Origin: the human T2T-CHM13v2.0 reference genome, Homo sapiens
Strand: one strand, 5' to 3'
DNA length: 64,000 nt
Assembly (NCBI RefSeq): GCF_009914755.1
Contig: NC_060934.1
The position numbers and the translations under genes are program-made. Each line of letters starts with the position of its first letter. Position 1 is the first letter of the stretch. The notes below the pieces were generated by a model. It did not search any database and was not told the origin of the DNA. It saw only the letters and a list, made by a program, of their open reading frames with translations. Positions 1 to 17,023 of the stretch are shown piece by piece.

Positions 1-178
1 ATCCCATGCCTCAGTTTCCTCCTGCATACAGGAAGGTTAGATAATTGCATAGGAATTTTCAGGTTCTAAAATGTGTGCAGAACCTAAACACAGTAAAATA
101 CTGCACAAAGACATTTAAAGACTAGGGAGGGTCGAAGTCAATCTTTCAATCATACATTTCATCAAAAACATTCTTTCA

Positions 179-460
179 GGCTGGGCACAGTGGCTCACCC
201 CTATAGTCTCAGCACTTTGGGAGGCCGAGGTGGTAGGATAGCTTGAGGCCAGGAGTTCTAGACCAGCCTGAGCAACACAGTGAGACCCCAAATGTACAAG
301 AAATAAAAATAAAACAAATTAAGCCTGGCATGGTGGCACATGCCTGTAGTCCCAGCTACTTGGGAGGCTGAGGTGGGAGGATTGCTTGTGTACGAGGCTG
401 CAATGAGCCATGATCACACCACTGCACTCCAGCCTGGGTGACCCTATCTCTAAAAAAAAA
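179..460 (+). mobile_element. Alu (AluJ-like)
   Basis: Dimeric Alu with A tail and J-type motifs. Confidence 0.9.
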
Positions 461-544
461 TTGTTTTTAATGAAAAAAAATATGATTTACTATTTTTAAC
501 CCATCATAGTTTAAGAGTCTGGACATAGGACTAGCTCATTATTT

Positions 545-735
545 GGAAACCTAGTATATGCCTGGCACCCTTAACACAACCCTTCCAGCAACCCTGCGAG
601 GTGGGTCCTTTTATCCTCATTTTAAGAATCAGAAATGGAAGACTTAGGGAAGCCTAATGACTTGTCCACTAATAAGTGACAGAACCTGGAACTCAAAGCT
701 GAGTTCAATGGACTCTAGAGGCTCATGTTCTTTCC
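545..735 (-). mobile_element. MIR fragment
   Basis: Degenerate MIR core (atcctcatttt...). Confidence 0.6.
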
Positions 736-775
736 AGGGCACTGTCGCTCAGAGTGAGGTGTACTGCCCAAGTCA

Positions 776-1246
<471 letters not shown>

Positions 1247-3556
1247 TCAATTCCTCAGACCTTGGCTCCAACCTCTAAAGCAAATTGCCTGGGTTGCTTT
1301 TGCAGTGGAAAAGCACCGGCACCCATTCCAGACGAAACTCTGATTAGGAAGAAAGGGAAGAGTTTGTAAAATGGGACGAAGATGAAATTGGAACAGAGCC
1401 TGGGAAAAGGAGATTATGGGGACCCTCCCTCCAGCCTCCCAGCCCCAGCTGTGCAGTGATCCATCAGGGGCTGAGCAGTGCAATTTATGCTTTCAGTCCA
1501 CAGGAGCATCCAGGGAAAATGGAGGGGGTGGCAGGGAAGAAAAATGACCTTTTTGCTCTTCCCATGTTGCTCCGGCTTTCAGATCGCGCCTGCAATATCC
1601 TTGGCTTATTTGTGCCGCGTGGAACTGTTAGCAATCACAAGAGAACGACAGGATCAGTGGGGGAGATTCCAGCCAAGGTTTGCATCCAACCACAACTCAA
1701 ATTAGTCCTTTTGAAAAATGGGTTCCCACCTGAAAGCAAAAATCAAAACACAAGAAAAAAAATCCTCATTGTTTCAGGTATCTGCAGTCCACTGAGCACT
1801 TTAGTCTTTTAGAAACCAAAGCTCCATAAGCTGCTGGAACACCTTCTACAGATTAACTGTGGCTTTCCTGTGTGCGTAGAACAGCACTCATTCCAGGATT
1901 CCCCATAATGTGTAAAATATTAACGTGATAAACTGGAAATGAAATAACACCACACCTGGGGACCATCGATCATAGCCAAACAGTAGACCTGCAGGGAGAC
2001 TTCTCGAGGATTGGAGGTGGAGTTTCAGAATCAGCAGCACAAAATCCAAACACTTGGTCTGGCCCCGATGGCCAAGGGAGCATGCAGGACACTTCTTTGT
2101 ATCTCACTGTATAGTAGGCGTGGTTAGTGCCTCTGGATCCAGGATCTGGGGACCACCCGTCATCTTGGCGTGTTGAATCAACCCCTTGCTTCAAATGCAC
2201 AGTGACTCGAGTTTGTTACTGTATTCCCCGTCTGATTCCCTGCCCCGTCTCCAGGCCCAGGCAGTGACCAGAGCTCCATGTATTCAGATGCTCTAAAGGA
2301 AACACATGTTTGAGTTGCAAGCAGGTGTTTTGCCTCCCTGTCATTGTTCTTCCCATTTAAGCTTTTCTGGAACTGCTCAATGAGCTTGCAGCTTGGGCAG
2401 CCCTTGAATTTGAGAGAGGAAGGTGGAGCGGCTATAGGGAGTGGGGAGGTCACAGAGGAGCACACCTCATTGAGGGAACCCAGCCTGAGATTCAGACTTG
2501 GTAAGTCAGCACAGGAAACAGCAGGCTGGAGAGGAGCTGGGTGCCATGACACACAAAAGGAGGAAATACCTGGGGTCCGAGTGCACTCCCACGTAAAGCT
2601 TCAATCACGCCGTGTAGACAGCTGACTCTGTGATGAGCCATGAGCCAGCTCATCCACGGGCCGTGTATGTTCCACGGCCACACAATCCATGATTGATTTT
2701 CCCTACAGAGTCCGAGGGAGAATTCAGTATAAAAATACCCTGTTCAACAAACAAGTCAAACGACCGGAAAGGGAGATGAACTGGAGGCCGAGGCGCACCC
2801 GATGGGTTAGGCAAGCCATTTGCAAGCTGAACGTGCCATGCACTCAGCCACTCTGCAGTTCTCTGCAGAGGTAGGAATTGGAATCCAAGATGTGGGGACC
2901 TCCCCACCCCATAAAATGGGTCATTTTGAAATCTTGGTCTTAATTTTTAATATGGTAAATATCAACACACATACAAGAAAAACGCTAGGATTGTCAATAA
3001 TGTTTTATGAATTTAAAGGTGACACAAACCAAAATGCTTGAAAATCACTGAAAAATGACTCTTTTTCCTTGAAAAACAAAAGCAATTACAGTTTGTATTT
3101 CTCTGTCACTATTATTCCTAGTATAGTTGTAACCACTTATGTTAATCATCACTTTTCATCACAGTAAGTTCTATTTCATAAAGGAAACTGGAAGCAGGGG
3201 TGGACTGTTGAGGGATGTCATATACCAGTGTTTTCTACTGGAAAATGGGTAATTTTAAAAAAACATTTTCTGAGTAAATAGTTACATAACCTGAAATGTA
3301 AAACTGTTTTAATTCCTATTCTTACTTTACATGCTTATATTCATAACTTACACTGAATCTTTCTTTTTATTCCCCTTGAACTCTTATTTTTGTATTTTTC
3401 TATCAAAACACACCATAACTTTTGTCTGGATTATCACAGTGCTCCAGTTATCCCAGTATCCAGAGCCTCCTAGCCTCTGAATGCCACTTCTTAAGTAGGA
3501 AGGAGCAAGTGGCAGAAGCATGTTTCTGATTCTAAATTCTAAAGTAGTGGTCTCCG

Positions 3557-4185
<629 letters not shown>

Positions 4186-4900
4186 AAAATTTTTATTGCC
4201 TCATATCTCTACCTGTAAAAAAATAATAAAATAAAAATAATCAAGCCTAAACTCCCCATTAAATTCATAATTATTTATTTAAAGAGAATGACCATGCACT
4301 ATTGTATGAATATAGTAGATACATTATAAAACATCCAGAAAAATGGGGGGAGGGAATTTTAAAGGAGAGGAAAATAAGCTTAATTGGAAGCTCCCAAGTT
4401 TTCCCCACATCATTTAATTGAATCAGAAATCCCATTTTTGAAAACCATTTGATCCAATGAAAAGGAAGGATGACTTAATGAAAGCATCCTTTGTGTTTGA
4501 TAGGAGAGGCTTTTTCCATTGTATTTCTTGCCAAACACACAAACAAGCCAAGAACACAGAACAGCTCCCCAAGAAGCTAGCTTCCCTATTTCTGTTCTAA
4601 GATGTATTTAAACCAGCTTTGCTGCTACCAGTTCACTTTCTGTGGCAGAGAAAGCTGCCAGAGTTTCCTGGCTTTGTCCCTTAGTGGCCTCTCTACCGGG
4701 TGGGGCTGTGGACAGACTCAGCAGAGCATTTATTGCGGCGGCTTTGCAGCAGCCGTTTCTAAGGAGATGGTGCCTGAGCCCCATGCAGAACGCCATCCCT
4801 TCCTTTCCCCCCGATTTGTTTCTGCCTAATTGAACTCCCGCTGGCTGTGTTCCAGCACAGTTCTGTTTCACCTACTGATAAATGGTCGTTCACTTTCCAG

Positions 4901-4917
4901 TTTCAGAACTCAGCTAA
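4901..4917 (+). other. Additional candidate 3' splice site/short terminal exon (phase 1: VSELS*)
   Basis: CTGAT branch-like motif at about 4875, cactttccag| acceptor, AATAAA at 5241-5246. Signals only, no transcript evidence. Confidence 0.25.
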
Positions 4918-5331
4918 CCCCTGGAATGAACCACGGTTCATCTTCACGGTGTCCTCAGTGCAGAGCGCCGTGCATCAGACGATCGATGCGTATTCGCAGC
5001 AAATTGGCCATTCAGCAGTGCCGTGCAGGAACCTCGGAGGCACAGATACGGAACAGCTTTTCTGACAATGTCATGGCCTTCCCCAGACTCACTGGGGAAC
5101 CTTATTTGAAGTTTTAAGAAAAAGAACTTGGACTTTCTTACAGCTTCTTGCTAAAGTTCAGGAGTTCTAAATGATTACCCCAGAGAACCCATCAGATAAC
5201 TATGTCTCCAACTAAATGAATAAGATGAAATTTGACACAAAATAAATACAGGCACCTATCTGTCCATGGGTCATTTGGGGAAAACCAGAAACATGTATTT
5301 AATGCATGTCTCTGAACTTACATACTTCCAG

Positions 5332-5454
5332 TCATCAAAGTAACTAAAGCTTATAGAACAAGCAATTCCACGGATGATCTAAGCCCATCCTGCGCTGGAC
5401 ACCTCTGAGAAAGTGAATTAGCATTAGGATTATTGCAGAGAGATAAGAATCTAA
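5332..5454 (+). other. Candidate cassette exon with an in-frame stop, upstream of a 74-nt intron
   Basis: catacttccag| acceptor at 5331/5332 and TAA|GTAAGT donor at 5454/5455; the next acceptor is at 5528/5529. Confidence 0.25.
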
Positions 5455-5528
5455 GTAAGTCTAAAATGTGGAACATGCTGCTTATATTTAATTTTGTTTT
5501 GTATTTTCCTTTCTTCTCTTCTAATTAG

Positions 5529-5581
5529 GTGATTTTAGAGGAATAAACACCCTTAGCCGTCAGCCAACATTTTACAAATGA
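5529..5581 (+). CDS. CRADD: Coding part of a candidate alternative terminal exon of CRADD (phase 1; (G)DFRGINTLSRQPTFYK*), giving a CARD-only 116-aa product
   Basis: Long polypyrimidine tract and TAG acceptor (ttttcctttcttctcttctaattag|GT at 5528/5529), TGA at 5579-5581, AATAAA at 5929-5934. Joining to CRADD codon 100 (split 1|2, from memory) gives 116 aa, matching my recollection of a CRADD short isoform. The gene assignment is from memory. Confidence 0.65.
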
Positions 5582-5960
5582 AGGCCAGCGAGGGAAAGGA
5601 GCTCACTGAAGGCCCATGCTCATTAATGAGGAAGCAAAAACAACAGCACACAGCCTCTGTTCCCAGGGCCACGCTCCTCGATTTCTAAGCGCTGTTCCAG
5701 TTCACACAGGACAAGACATCCTTTTTTCTTCTAGAACAACAGCTCAGCCCCACCTGAAAGAAAAAGTTCATTGATACTTTTTCAAAGGCTTCACAACTCA
5801 GCTTTTTTGGAGACTTCAGCAAAATAAGTCATTATCTGGCCAACTTTAAGAATGAGGTTTGCTAAATGTATCAGCATTCTGAGGTTATCAGAAGACTCTG
5901 CACACTTGCATATCTCACAAATACCGTCAATAAATACATAGTTTCATTTCCTCATTGATT
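5582..5960 (+). other. 3' UTR of the candidate proximal alternative terminal exon
   Basis: Unique sequence between the stop and AATAAA (5929-5934), followed by T-rich downstream sequence. The end position is approximate. Confidence 0.55.
5929..5934 (+). terminator. Polyadenylation signal AATAAA
   Basis: Canonical hexamer at the end of the candidate exon, with U-rich sequence downstream. Confidence 0.55.
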
Positions 5961-6140
5961 CACACATTGCTTTTCCTATGTGAAATGCTTCATAACAGGC
6001 TCAATATGAATATTCAAAAAGAATGTGATGTGGTCTGCCATGAATATAAGTCAGTAAGTAATAAACATTGCTAAATGTCCTATTCCGTAACGTAGTGATA
6101 ACCTACTCCCTCTATTTAGGAAAATCACATGGTCCTTGAC

Positions 6141-6436
<296 letters not shown>

Positions 6437-6449
6437 AGTCCTTGATTTT

Positions 6450-7270
6450 TAAAAAATTCAAATAATAATACAGTTTAAAATGAAAAGCAAACCCCTTTTG
6501 TCTCAGAGTCCTAGTTCCACTCCTCAGCAGTTCCTGGTGTACCTTCCAGATACTGTCCCTGCGGACACACAATACAAATGGGGACACAGAAATCACATTA
6601 TTCTATGTCTTGATTTGTATGCCTGGTGATACACCTCGACAGTCTCTCTGTATCAGCACACACAGCTCTATTCGTTTCCTTCCAGTTCTGGAGCACTCCA
6701 CTGGAATGACGTGCTATACATTTTGAACCAGCCTCGATTATGGATATTCGAGTTATTTTCAGTTACTGTTCTTGCTGTGGCAAACAATGCAGCAATGGCT
6801 TTGCTTTTACATACGTCTTTATGCGCATTTTCAGCATATCTGCAGAATAAATTCCTAAAACTGAAATTGCTGGATCAAAGGGCGTATTCATTTTCTAATT
6901 TCGTTAGATATCACCAAATAACACTCTATCTTAACACGAAACAAACACTTGCAAGGATGCTGTGCTAATTTACACTCTCATCTACCGTGCACTTGAGTGT
7001 TGGTTTCTCATGCCCTTGCTAGCACCTAACTTTGTCAAGGTGATTGGTAAAAAAACCGTGTCTCAGTTCCATTTGTAGTTCTTAATTGTCAGCATGTTAG
7101 AGCATCTTTTCATCTTGGAACTCTGTATATAATGATTTTTATGTTACCTACCTGCCTTTGTCCATTTGTTTTTTATTATTTATAAAAATCTCTTAATAGG
7201 TTTTATAAGATAATCTTTATCTTTTGCATTGCAAATTTTTTTCTCAGTTTGTCATATGGCTTTATTATGT
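6450..7270 (-). mobile_element. Old L1M 3' fragment
   Basis: Antisense L1M motifs (aacaatgcagcaatg, gaaattgctggatcaaaggg). Confidence 0.65.
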
Positions 7271-7301
7271 TTTACCATATTCAAGTTTAATATATATATA
7301 T

Positions 7302-7604
<303 letters not shown>

Positions 7605-7809
7605 TAAATATATATATAGATATATATATAACATATATATACAGAGAGAGAGAAAGGGAGAAAAAGATAGAGGTTGATTAATTTTTTTATAGCTTCTGAG
7701 GTTTGTGTATTGCTCTGAAATGACTTTTTTTGTCCTAAGATTTTTTTTTAAATCTCCCATATTTTCTTCTAGTGATTTTATGTGGGTTTTTTTTTTTTTT
7801 AAGTTTAAA

Positions 7810-9345
<1,536 letters not shown>

Positions 9346-9712
9346 CAGTATTCTCCCTTTATCCACGGTTTTGCTTTCCAAGGTGTCAGTTACCCATGAC
9401 CACTGCAGTCTGAAAATATAAAATGGAAAATTCCAGAAATAAACAATACATAGATTTTAAATTATGTGCTGTTCTGAGTAGTAGAATGAAATCCCACACT
9501 GTCCTGCTGCTTCCCGCCTGGGATGTGAGTCATCCTTTTGTCTAGCATATTCACAGTCTATGATACCTGCCTGCCAGTGACAAAGTAGCTCTCTTGGTTA
9601 CCGGATTAAAAAAAAAACAACAGAATGTATGTAGGGTTCAGTACTATCTGTGGTTTCAGGCATCCACTGGGGGTCTTGGAATGTATCCCCCACAGATAAG
9701 GGGGAACTAGTG
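9346..9712 (+). mobile_element. MER44/Tigger7-derived DNA transposon (TcMar-Tigger MITE)
   Basis: TIR-like ends cagtattctccctttatcc / gataagggggaactagtg with flanking TA. Confidence 0.8.
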
Positions 9713-10663
9713 TATAGTGAAACCATCTTTCAGAGGCAGCAGATGGGCAAACCAGATATAAAAGAAACAAAGTCACAGTGTGGCAGTCATACATAGGGAG
9801 TGACAGATGTCCAATTCTGAGGGCACAAAAAGATGTCTGGTCCCCAGAGTTCCTGATGGATCGTTAATGCTGGTGCTGTGTTCTGACTGATAAGAAGCCA
9901 TTGTTCTTTCTTCTCTTGAGTAGTGGCTGCTTAGTTGCTGATATACTTTCTTGATTCCTCTATTTTCTGTTCTTTTTCTTTTAAATGACAAGTCGTCACC
10001 TGAAATCAGATAAAGTCTCTATGCCTTGCAACCAGAAAGAACTGACAATATAATTCCTTTTGACAGGATGGCTTCTCAGGTAAGATTTTGGGACATTTCA
10101 CAAACATTTAATATTAAAAAGAGAGAAGAAGAAAGTTTAACAGAGGAAAAGAGCACTGGATGTTTTCCCAGGGTCCCAGACCTCCAGGCAACTGTTTCCT
10201 CATTGCACATGAGGACTAGCTGTCTTTCAATTCAAATTATGTAAATTTTCACAAATTCTCTCTGGTGATAATGCAAAGAGAGAATGAAATATCACTCACT
10301 GGTTGGTAAAAATTCAAGGAGAACAGATTGTTGGCTTTGATGAGATAGTCCAAATTTTTAACGTGGAGTGTAGACAGGTGTCCTGGGTGAAAGTCAACAT
10401 AAAGGAATTGAGAAAAGGACAGTAAAGGGCTTTTCACTGTTTTCTGCATTTTAAGCCAAGGTAAGTTTATGAGAATCTTTTCTAAATTGCCATAATTATA
10501 ATAACCTGTCCCCTGGTAGTCATCATTTAGCAGTGTGTTTTTTCTATAGCTTGTGTTCAACAAATAGCAGTGTATCTATTACTGGGAATACTTACTGTAG
10601 GAAACACTGCCCACCAGCCACTCTGCAGGGGTGGGGTGTTACCAGTTATTTTCAAGGCAATGC

Positions 10664-10970
<307 letters not shown>

Positions 10971-11049
10971 TCAGGGCAATGCTTTTTAAAATGTTGTTTA
11001 GACTCTACCCTCTGCCAAGAGCTGGTCTAAAGATGGGCACCCATCCTTT

Positions 11050-11445
11050 GGCTTTTAAACCTTCTTTTCACATACACAATACTTAAGTCCAAGGTTACGG
11101 TAGCTCTGCTTCTCTGGGTCCCTCTTGGCCCTTTCTCCTCTCTGCACCAGCTTTATCCTAAGGCTGGCATCTCTCAAGGTTGCAAGATAGATAAGGCACT
11201 TCCAGGCATTATGTTTAGAGACTGCGATGTTCAGAAGAAGAGCTTTTGTCACCTGCCCATTCCTAAGCCAATCACCATCAAGGAGAATTGGATTATTCAG
11301 ACAAACTAGAATCTACCACCTGGAGCTAGGGATAGGCTAGCCTCTCCTAAGAGGCTTGGTTGTATAGAGGAGAATATATTTCTCAATAACCTCTGGGTTC
11401 TGTTAGGAAGGAGGAAGAGTTAATAGATGTTAGGCAATTTAGGGC
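11050..11445. mobile_element. Old MaLR LTR fragment (MLT1K/L-like)
   Basis: Degenerate motifs cccattcctaagccaatcac, gttctgttaggaaggaggaag. Confidence 0.45.
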
Positions 11446-11781
11446 ATCCTGCCCAAGTTAAGTTTTCCAGTGGCTGTATCATTGCTTTTTAACAAATCAC
11501 AGTTTGTTTAGTTTCATTATCATTAATTTTATTTATTGTGGATTGTTTTGCTAAGCCTACCATATGTAGTGAAGCATATCTTCACCAACAGTACTTTGAA
11601 CTGTAATTTCCAATAACTAAACTTAAAGACTGTGAACACTGGGAACCAAGAATAGATACCTGCATCTCCTTACCAAAGCGGATAAAGTCGCCGTCCTCAC
11701 CACCATCGCCAATACCCCTAAGCTTGTGTCCACAATGATTCTTGTTGTTAGTAGAGTTTTTCCTTAAAAAGGAGAAGAAGA

Positions 11782-12226
<445 letters not shown>

Positions 12227-12622
12227 TTAGTGTCATGTGTGCTTACTTCAGTCTTAGGGTGGCAGAGACCCAGCTTCTCCTCATTCGTCTCTCCTGTCTA
12301 AATTGAAAGAAATAAGATCCCTTTACTCAGTTGACCTTCTCCTATTTCTTGTATAAAGTAGAAAGATCAAGATTTGGGAATTAAAAATACAACGTCTCCG
12401 GCTGGAGTAATTGCAAGCTAATTACTGCTATCATTATGCATTAAATTAAAATATCAGCATTTAAACTGTACATGCTACAAAGTTCAGGCCCTCATTACAT
12501 CTTACTTGATCACTTCACTTGCTTCTAACTTGATCTCCCTGACTTCTCCAATCCGTCTTGCACAACATTCCCAAGGGATCTTTCAAAAACACAAATCTGA
12601 TAGTGTCACTTTCTTGCCTATA

Positions 12623-12953
<331 letters not shown>

Positions 12954-13665
12954 TAATTGGGCGCACGCACCCATCTTATTTTCTGGCCTCTGCCTGTCTC
13001 TCCAACCTCATCTCTCACCCCAGAAGCCAGCAAAATTCTGCTGGGCACTGCAGTCTTACGACTCCCTTCGTGCAGTGTCCAGAACATCTGTGTGCTTCCT
13101 GGCTTCCAGCCTTTGTCCACCTCACTCCCTCTACCTAGAATGTCCTTTCTCCCTTATTCTTCTGTTAAATCCCCATTCATGCTTCAAAATTCCCTCCAAA
13201 CACCCCATTGCCTTTAAAAATCTGCCTTTACTCTGCCAGGAAGTTTGTTGCCTATCTTTGATGCCTTATTAGTAGTGTTTAAGATGGTGGGTTTCTAAGC
13301 CAAACTGTCCAGGTTCAAAGTCAGTTCCCACCACTTACTGGCTATGTCACCTTGTCAAGAACTGTGCAGAGATTGAGATTTTATGTCACATACAAGCTAT
13401 CTAGTTCACTGTTGCTGTTTCACAGGGGCTGGCAGAAGACTTGGAACTCCTGGGTCAGAGACAAAGGACTTTGTGAATCACGACGAAAGCAGTAGACAGA
13501 GCTGCACGGTTGCTGGTTCCCTGTGCCCCCAAGTCTTATGGTGGTGATGTAGACGGCTCCTCGTGGATGCCTGCGCACAAAGTCAGTCACCTTACAGGAG
13601 AGGAACCCTGAGCCTGAGCTTGGGAAATCACCGCTTTTATAATAAGTGGAATACAAAGCCTTCCC

Positions 13666-14722
13666 TGCGGAGAAAGGGGAACACTCATACACTGTTGGTG
13701 GGAATCCAAATTAGTACAACCTCTGTGGAAAACAGTGCGGAGATTTCTCAAAGAACTGAAAACAGAATTATCATTCAACCTGGCAATCTCACCCCTGGGT
13801 ATCTACCCAAAGGAAAAGAAATTGTTGTATCAAAAAGACACTTCCTCTCATATGTGTATCGCAGTACTATTCACAATAGCAAAGATGTGGAATCAACCTA
13901 AGTCCATGGATGAATGAATGAATTATAAATGCCCATCAATAATAGACTGGATAAAGAAAATGTGGTATAATTCACACTACGGAACACTATGCAGCCATAA
14001 AGAATAATGAGATCATGTCCTTTGCAGGGACATGGCTGTAGCTGGAGGCCATTATCCTTAGCAAACTAATGCAGGAACAGAAAATTAAATACTGCATGTT
14101 CTGACTTATAAGCAGGAGCTAAGAGATGAGAATACGTGGACACAAAGAGGTAACAACAGACATTGAGGCCTATTGGAGAGTGGAAGGCTGGAGGAGGGAG
14201 AGGATCAGGAAAAATAACTAATGGGTACTAGACTTAATGAAATAATCTGTACAACAAACTCCCATAGCACAAGTTTGCCAATGTAACAAACCTGCACATG
14301 TACCCCGAACTTAAAAGTTAAAAAAAAAAAAAGAAAATGTGATACATATACACCATGGAATACTATGCAGCCATAAAAAAGATTAAGATCATGTCTTTCG
14401 AAGCAATATGGATGGAGTTGAAGGCCATTGTTCTAATTGAAATAACTCAGAATCAGAAAGTCAAATATTGAATGTTATCGCTTACAAGTAGGAGGAAAAC
14501 AAGGGGTACACATGAATACACAGAGGTAAATAATTGACATTGAGGAACCCAAAAGAGTGGAGGGCAGGATGGGGGGATGAGGGTTGAAAAATTACCTATT
14601 GGGTATAATGTTCACTATTTGGGTGATGGGTACACTAGAAACTCAAATCTTGCATTATGTAATAAATCCATGTAACAAACCAGCACATGTATCCCCAAAT
14701 CTATAAAAATAAATTTTTTTAA
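13666..14722 (+). mobile_element. L1PB-like 3' end interrupted by a younger L1PA 3' end (about 13928-14332)
   Basis: Two L1 3' UTR variants, each with a tail; the host resumes at agaaaatgtg. Confidence 0.85.
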
Positions 14723-14904
14723 GGTGAAAAAAAGGCTTCTCTTTGTCCAGAAGGAAAAATGCTACCTCATCCTTCAAGGCTGCTTGCTGCCGCCCCAAGA
14801 CACAGCCCAGATAAAGGGCCATCAGGCACGCACACCTGCAGGATGAGGAAGAGACACTCAGGACCACGGTGGATTGCCTCTCCCGGGAGCCCTGGACCTA
14901 CTAT

Positions 14905-15030
14905 TGAACCTCTCGCTACCTCAGTTTCCTTGTGTCTTAAGTTGGGATAATCATAGTACCTGCATCATAGAGGTTTTGTAAGGGTTGAAAGGATTAACCC
15001 AGAAGAAGTGATAAGTCCCAGCTATTACTA
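14905..15030 (+). mobile_element. MIR fragment
   Basis: cctcagtttcctt...gggataatcatagtacc. Confidence 0.65.
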
Positions 15031-15108
15031 TCAATCTTCCACTTTGCCCTTCCCTACTTCCACATATTTTATGTGTAGCTTTTATTCTATTTCACGGTAA
15101 ATAAATAA

Positions 15109-15234
15109 TAGAGATGAAGTCTCACTATGTTGCCCAGGCTGGTCTCAAACTCCTGGGCTCAGGCGATCTTCCCCACTAGCCTCCCAAAATGCAGGGTGCA
15201 GGGGTAACAGGTGTGTGAGCCACCACACCCAGCC
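15109..15234 (-). mobile_element. Alu left monomer (FLAM/AluJ)
   Basis: Monomer match. Confidence 0.8.
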
Positions 15235-15564
15235 ATAAGGGTACATTTGCAGATCTTTTTTTTCCCCACTGCCTAACAGCTCCTTGAAGCATATTCATCC
15301 TTGCAGCTCAGATGCCAGTACAGGGTAGATAATTATTATATTTGTTGATTAAAAGAGTAAACAAAAAGTCTTCCCGTATATCAACCAGTGTGATCTGACT
15401 AGAGTCTCTGTATACTTTTGATCAAATTTCATGACTCCAAACTTTTCAATGCTTTGGTGAAAAAAAAAATCATCATTCTGTTTTAGGTAGTGCTCTTTTC
15501 AACGCAATAACATGAAATGGCAATTTATTAATATAGGAAGATCAAGTAGTTCCTCCAGGAAAAT

Positions 15565-15700
15565 TACCTGGTCTCACCTGTTTACATTTCTATGAAATGG
15601 GAACGATAATAGTGCCTACCTGTAGTGCAGTTGGGAGAAATAATGAGTTGACGTATGTAAAATGTCTAGAAGAGCACTTAGCACATGCTACATCTATCTC
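15565..15700 (+). mobile_element. MIR fragment
   Basis: atgggaacgataatagtgcctacc...aaatgtctagaagagcac. Confidence 0.65.
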
Positions 15701-17023
15701 AGCTTTTTATTCCTCATTGGAGCTCATGACCTCTTGTTTAGTTATGGGAAATCATTGCATATTTCAGTCATTTGCGATGCCTAAAAGATAGAAACTTAGT
15801 TTCCACTATTATTGCTTTAATTCAGAAAACAGTGTCTCTGGAGATAGGAGTCCAATGGGTCATTGTTTTATCAACAGTTTCTCAGAACAATCCAGGTGAA
15901 CACATGGCAGCCCTTCTTGAGGGCTGGCTGGACCTAATAGGCTTCCTCTGACCAGATAGAAGCAGCCAGGAGAGGTGACCCCATGTCTAACATAAATTCT
16001 GATCTGTGACCAGTAAATCAGCACATCTCAGAAAAATGAATACGTAAAGGAAGAACAAAAAAAGTCACCGAAACCATTTAACATGGCCTTTGTTTTATGT
16101 ACCCGATAGGAAACCATCATCCAGTCTTTTTTTCTGAAATAAATAAGGCTGTGGATGGATAGCAGTTTCTATAACAATCTCCAATTCTTTCAGCTGAGTT
16201 TCCTGAAATCATGGTCCTTCACTCTACTTCTTTGACTGTGCCAACCTTGCTGAAACAAGACTTCCCTGTTCTTTGGCCCCGTGTGCTGTTTTGTTAGCTA
16301 GAAAATGCAGCCTTCTAATCGGTATGCGCTTTACTGGTCTCCGGTGTCTACTAAACAGCCAAAAGCCCCTCTCGCCCTAGAAAGAGTAGAACTCAGAAAC
16401 GCTTATGGCCTGCGGGTGAGACAAGATTGACTACAGGACTGCGATTTCTTTGGATTTCACAACAAGACCTGTGTTGTTTCCTCTACCCCAGTCTACCTAG
16501 AATGGGATTTCACCCACAGCTGCTGCCAGCACCCACTCACCCCTGACGACACACACCTGCCTGGCCAGCCAGAGATCCACGGCGCTAATGCACTGCTTTT
16601 CCGAGGCGGGAGAAAGATAATGGAAAGATTGATAGACAGAAAGAGGAGTTCAACAAGACAACAGAATGCTCAGAAGTGCACATCCTAGTTCCATTTCTAA
16701 CTGCACCTGGCCTTGTTATATGCGTGTAGCTTCTTACGCTGCCATGCATGTTGTGTATGTATATATACATGTAAAAATATATATTCTTTTAAAAATATTT
16801 AACAATTGTGGGCTCTGATAAAAGAGACTTTAGTATTTTTCAGATCAAGAGGCTATCGTGTGCCTAATCACATATTCGGTTGAGAGCGGGTCCAGAATTT
16901 GGTCTTGGTTGTTCTGATTCTCAGCCGGAAGCAAGTGCTGCTGTGTACCATGGTGTCTCTTCTGTGTGCCTCAATATGAACCATTTGCACCTGAAGTCGG
17001 CTACATAAAAAACTCAAACTCTC

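Noticed and set aside
4830-5117. 95-aa ORF ending ...GEPYLKF
   Set aside because: Non-ATG start and not in the phase compatible with the inferred upstream exon; no recognisable protein
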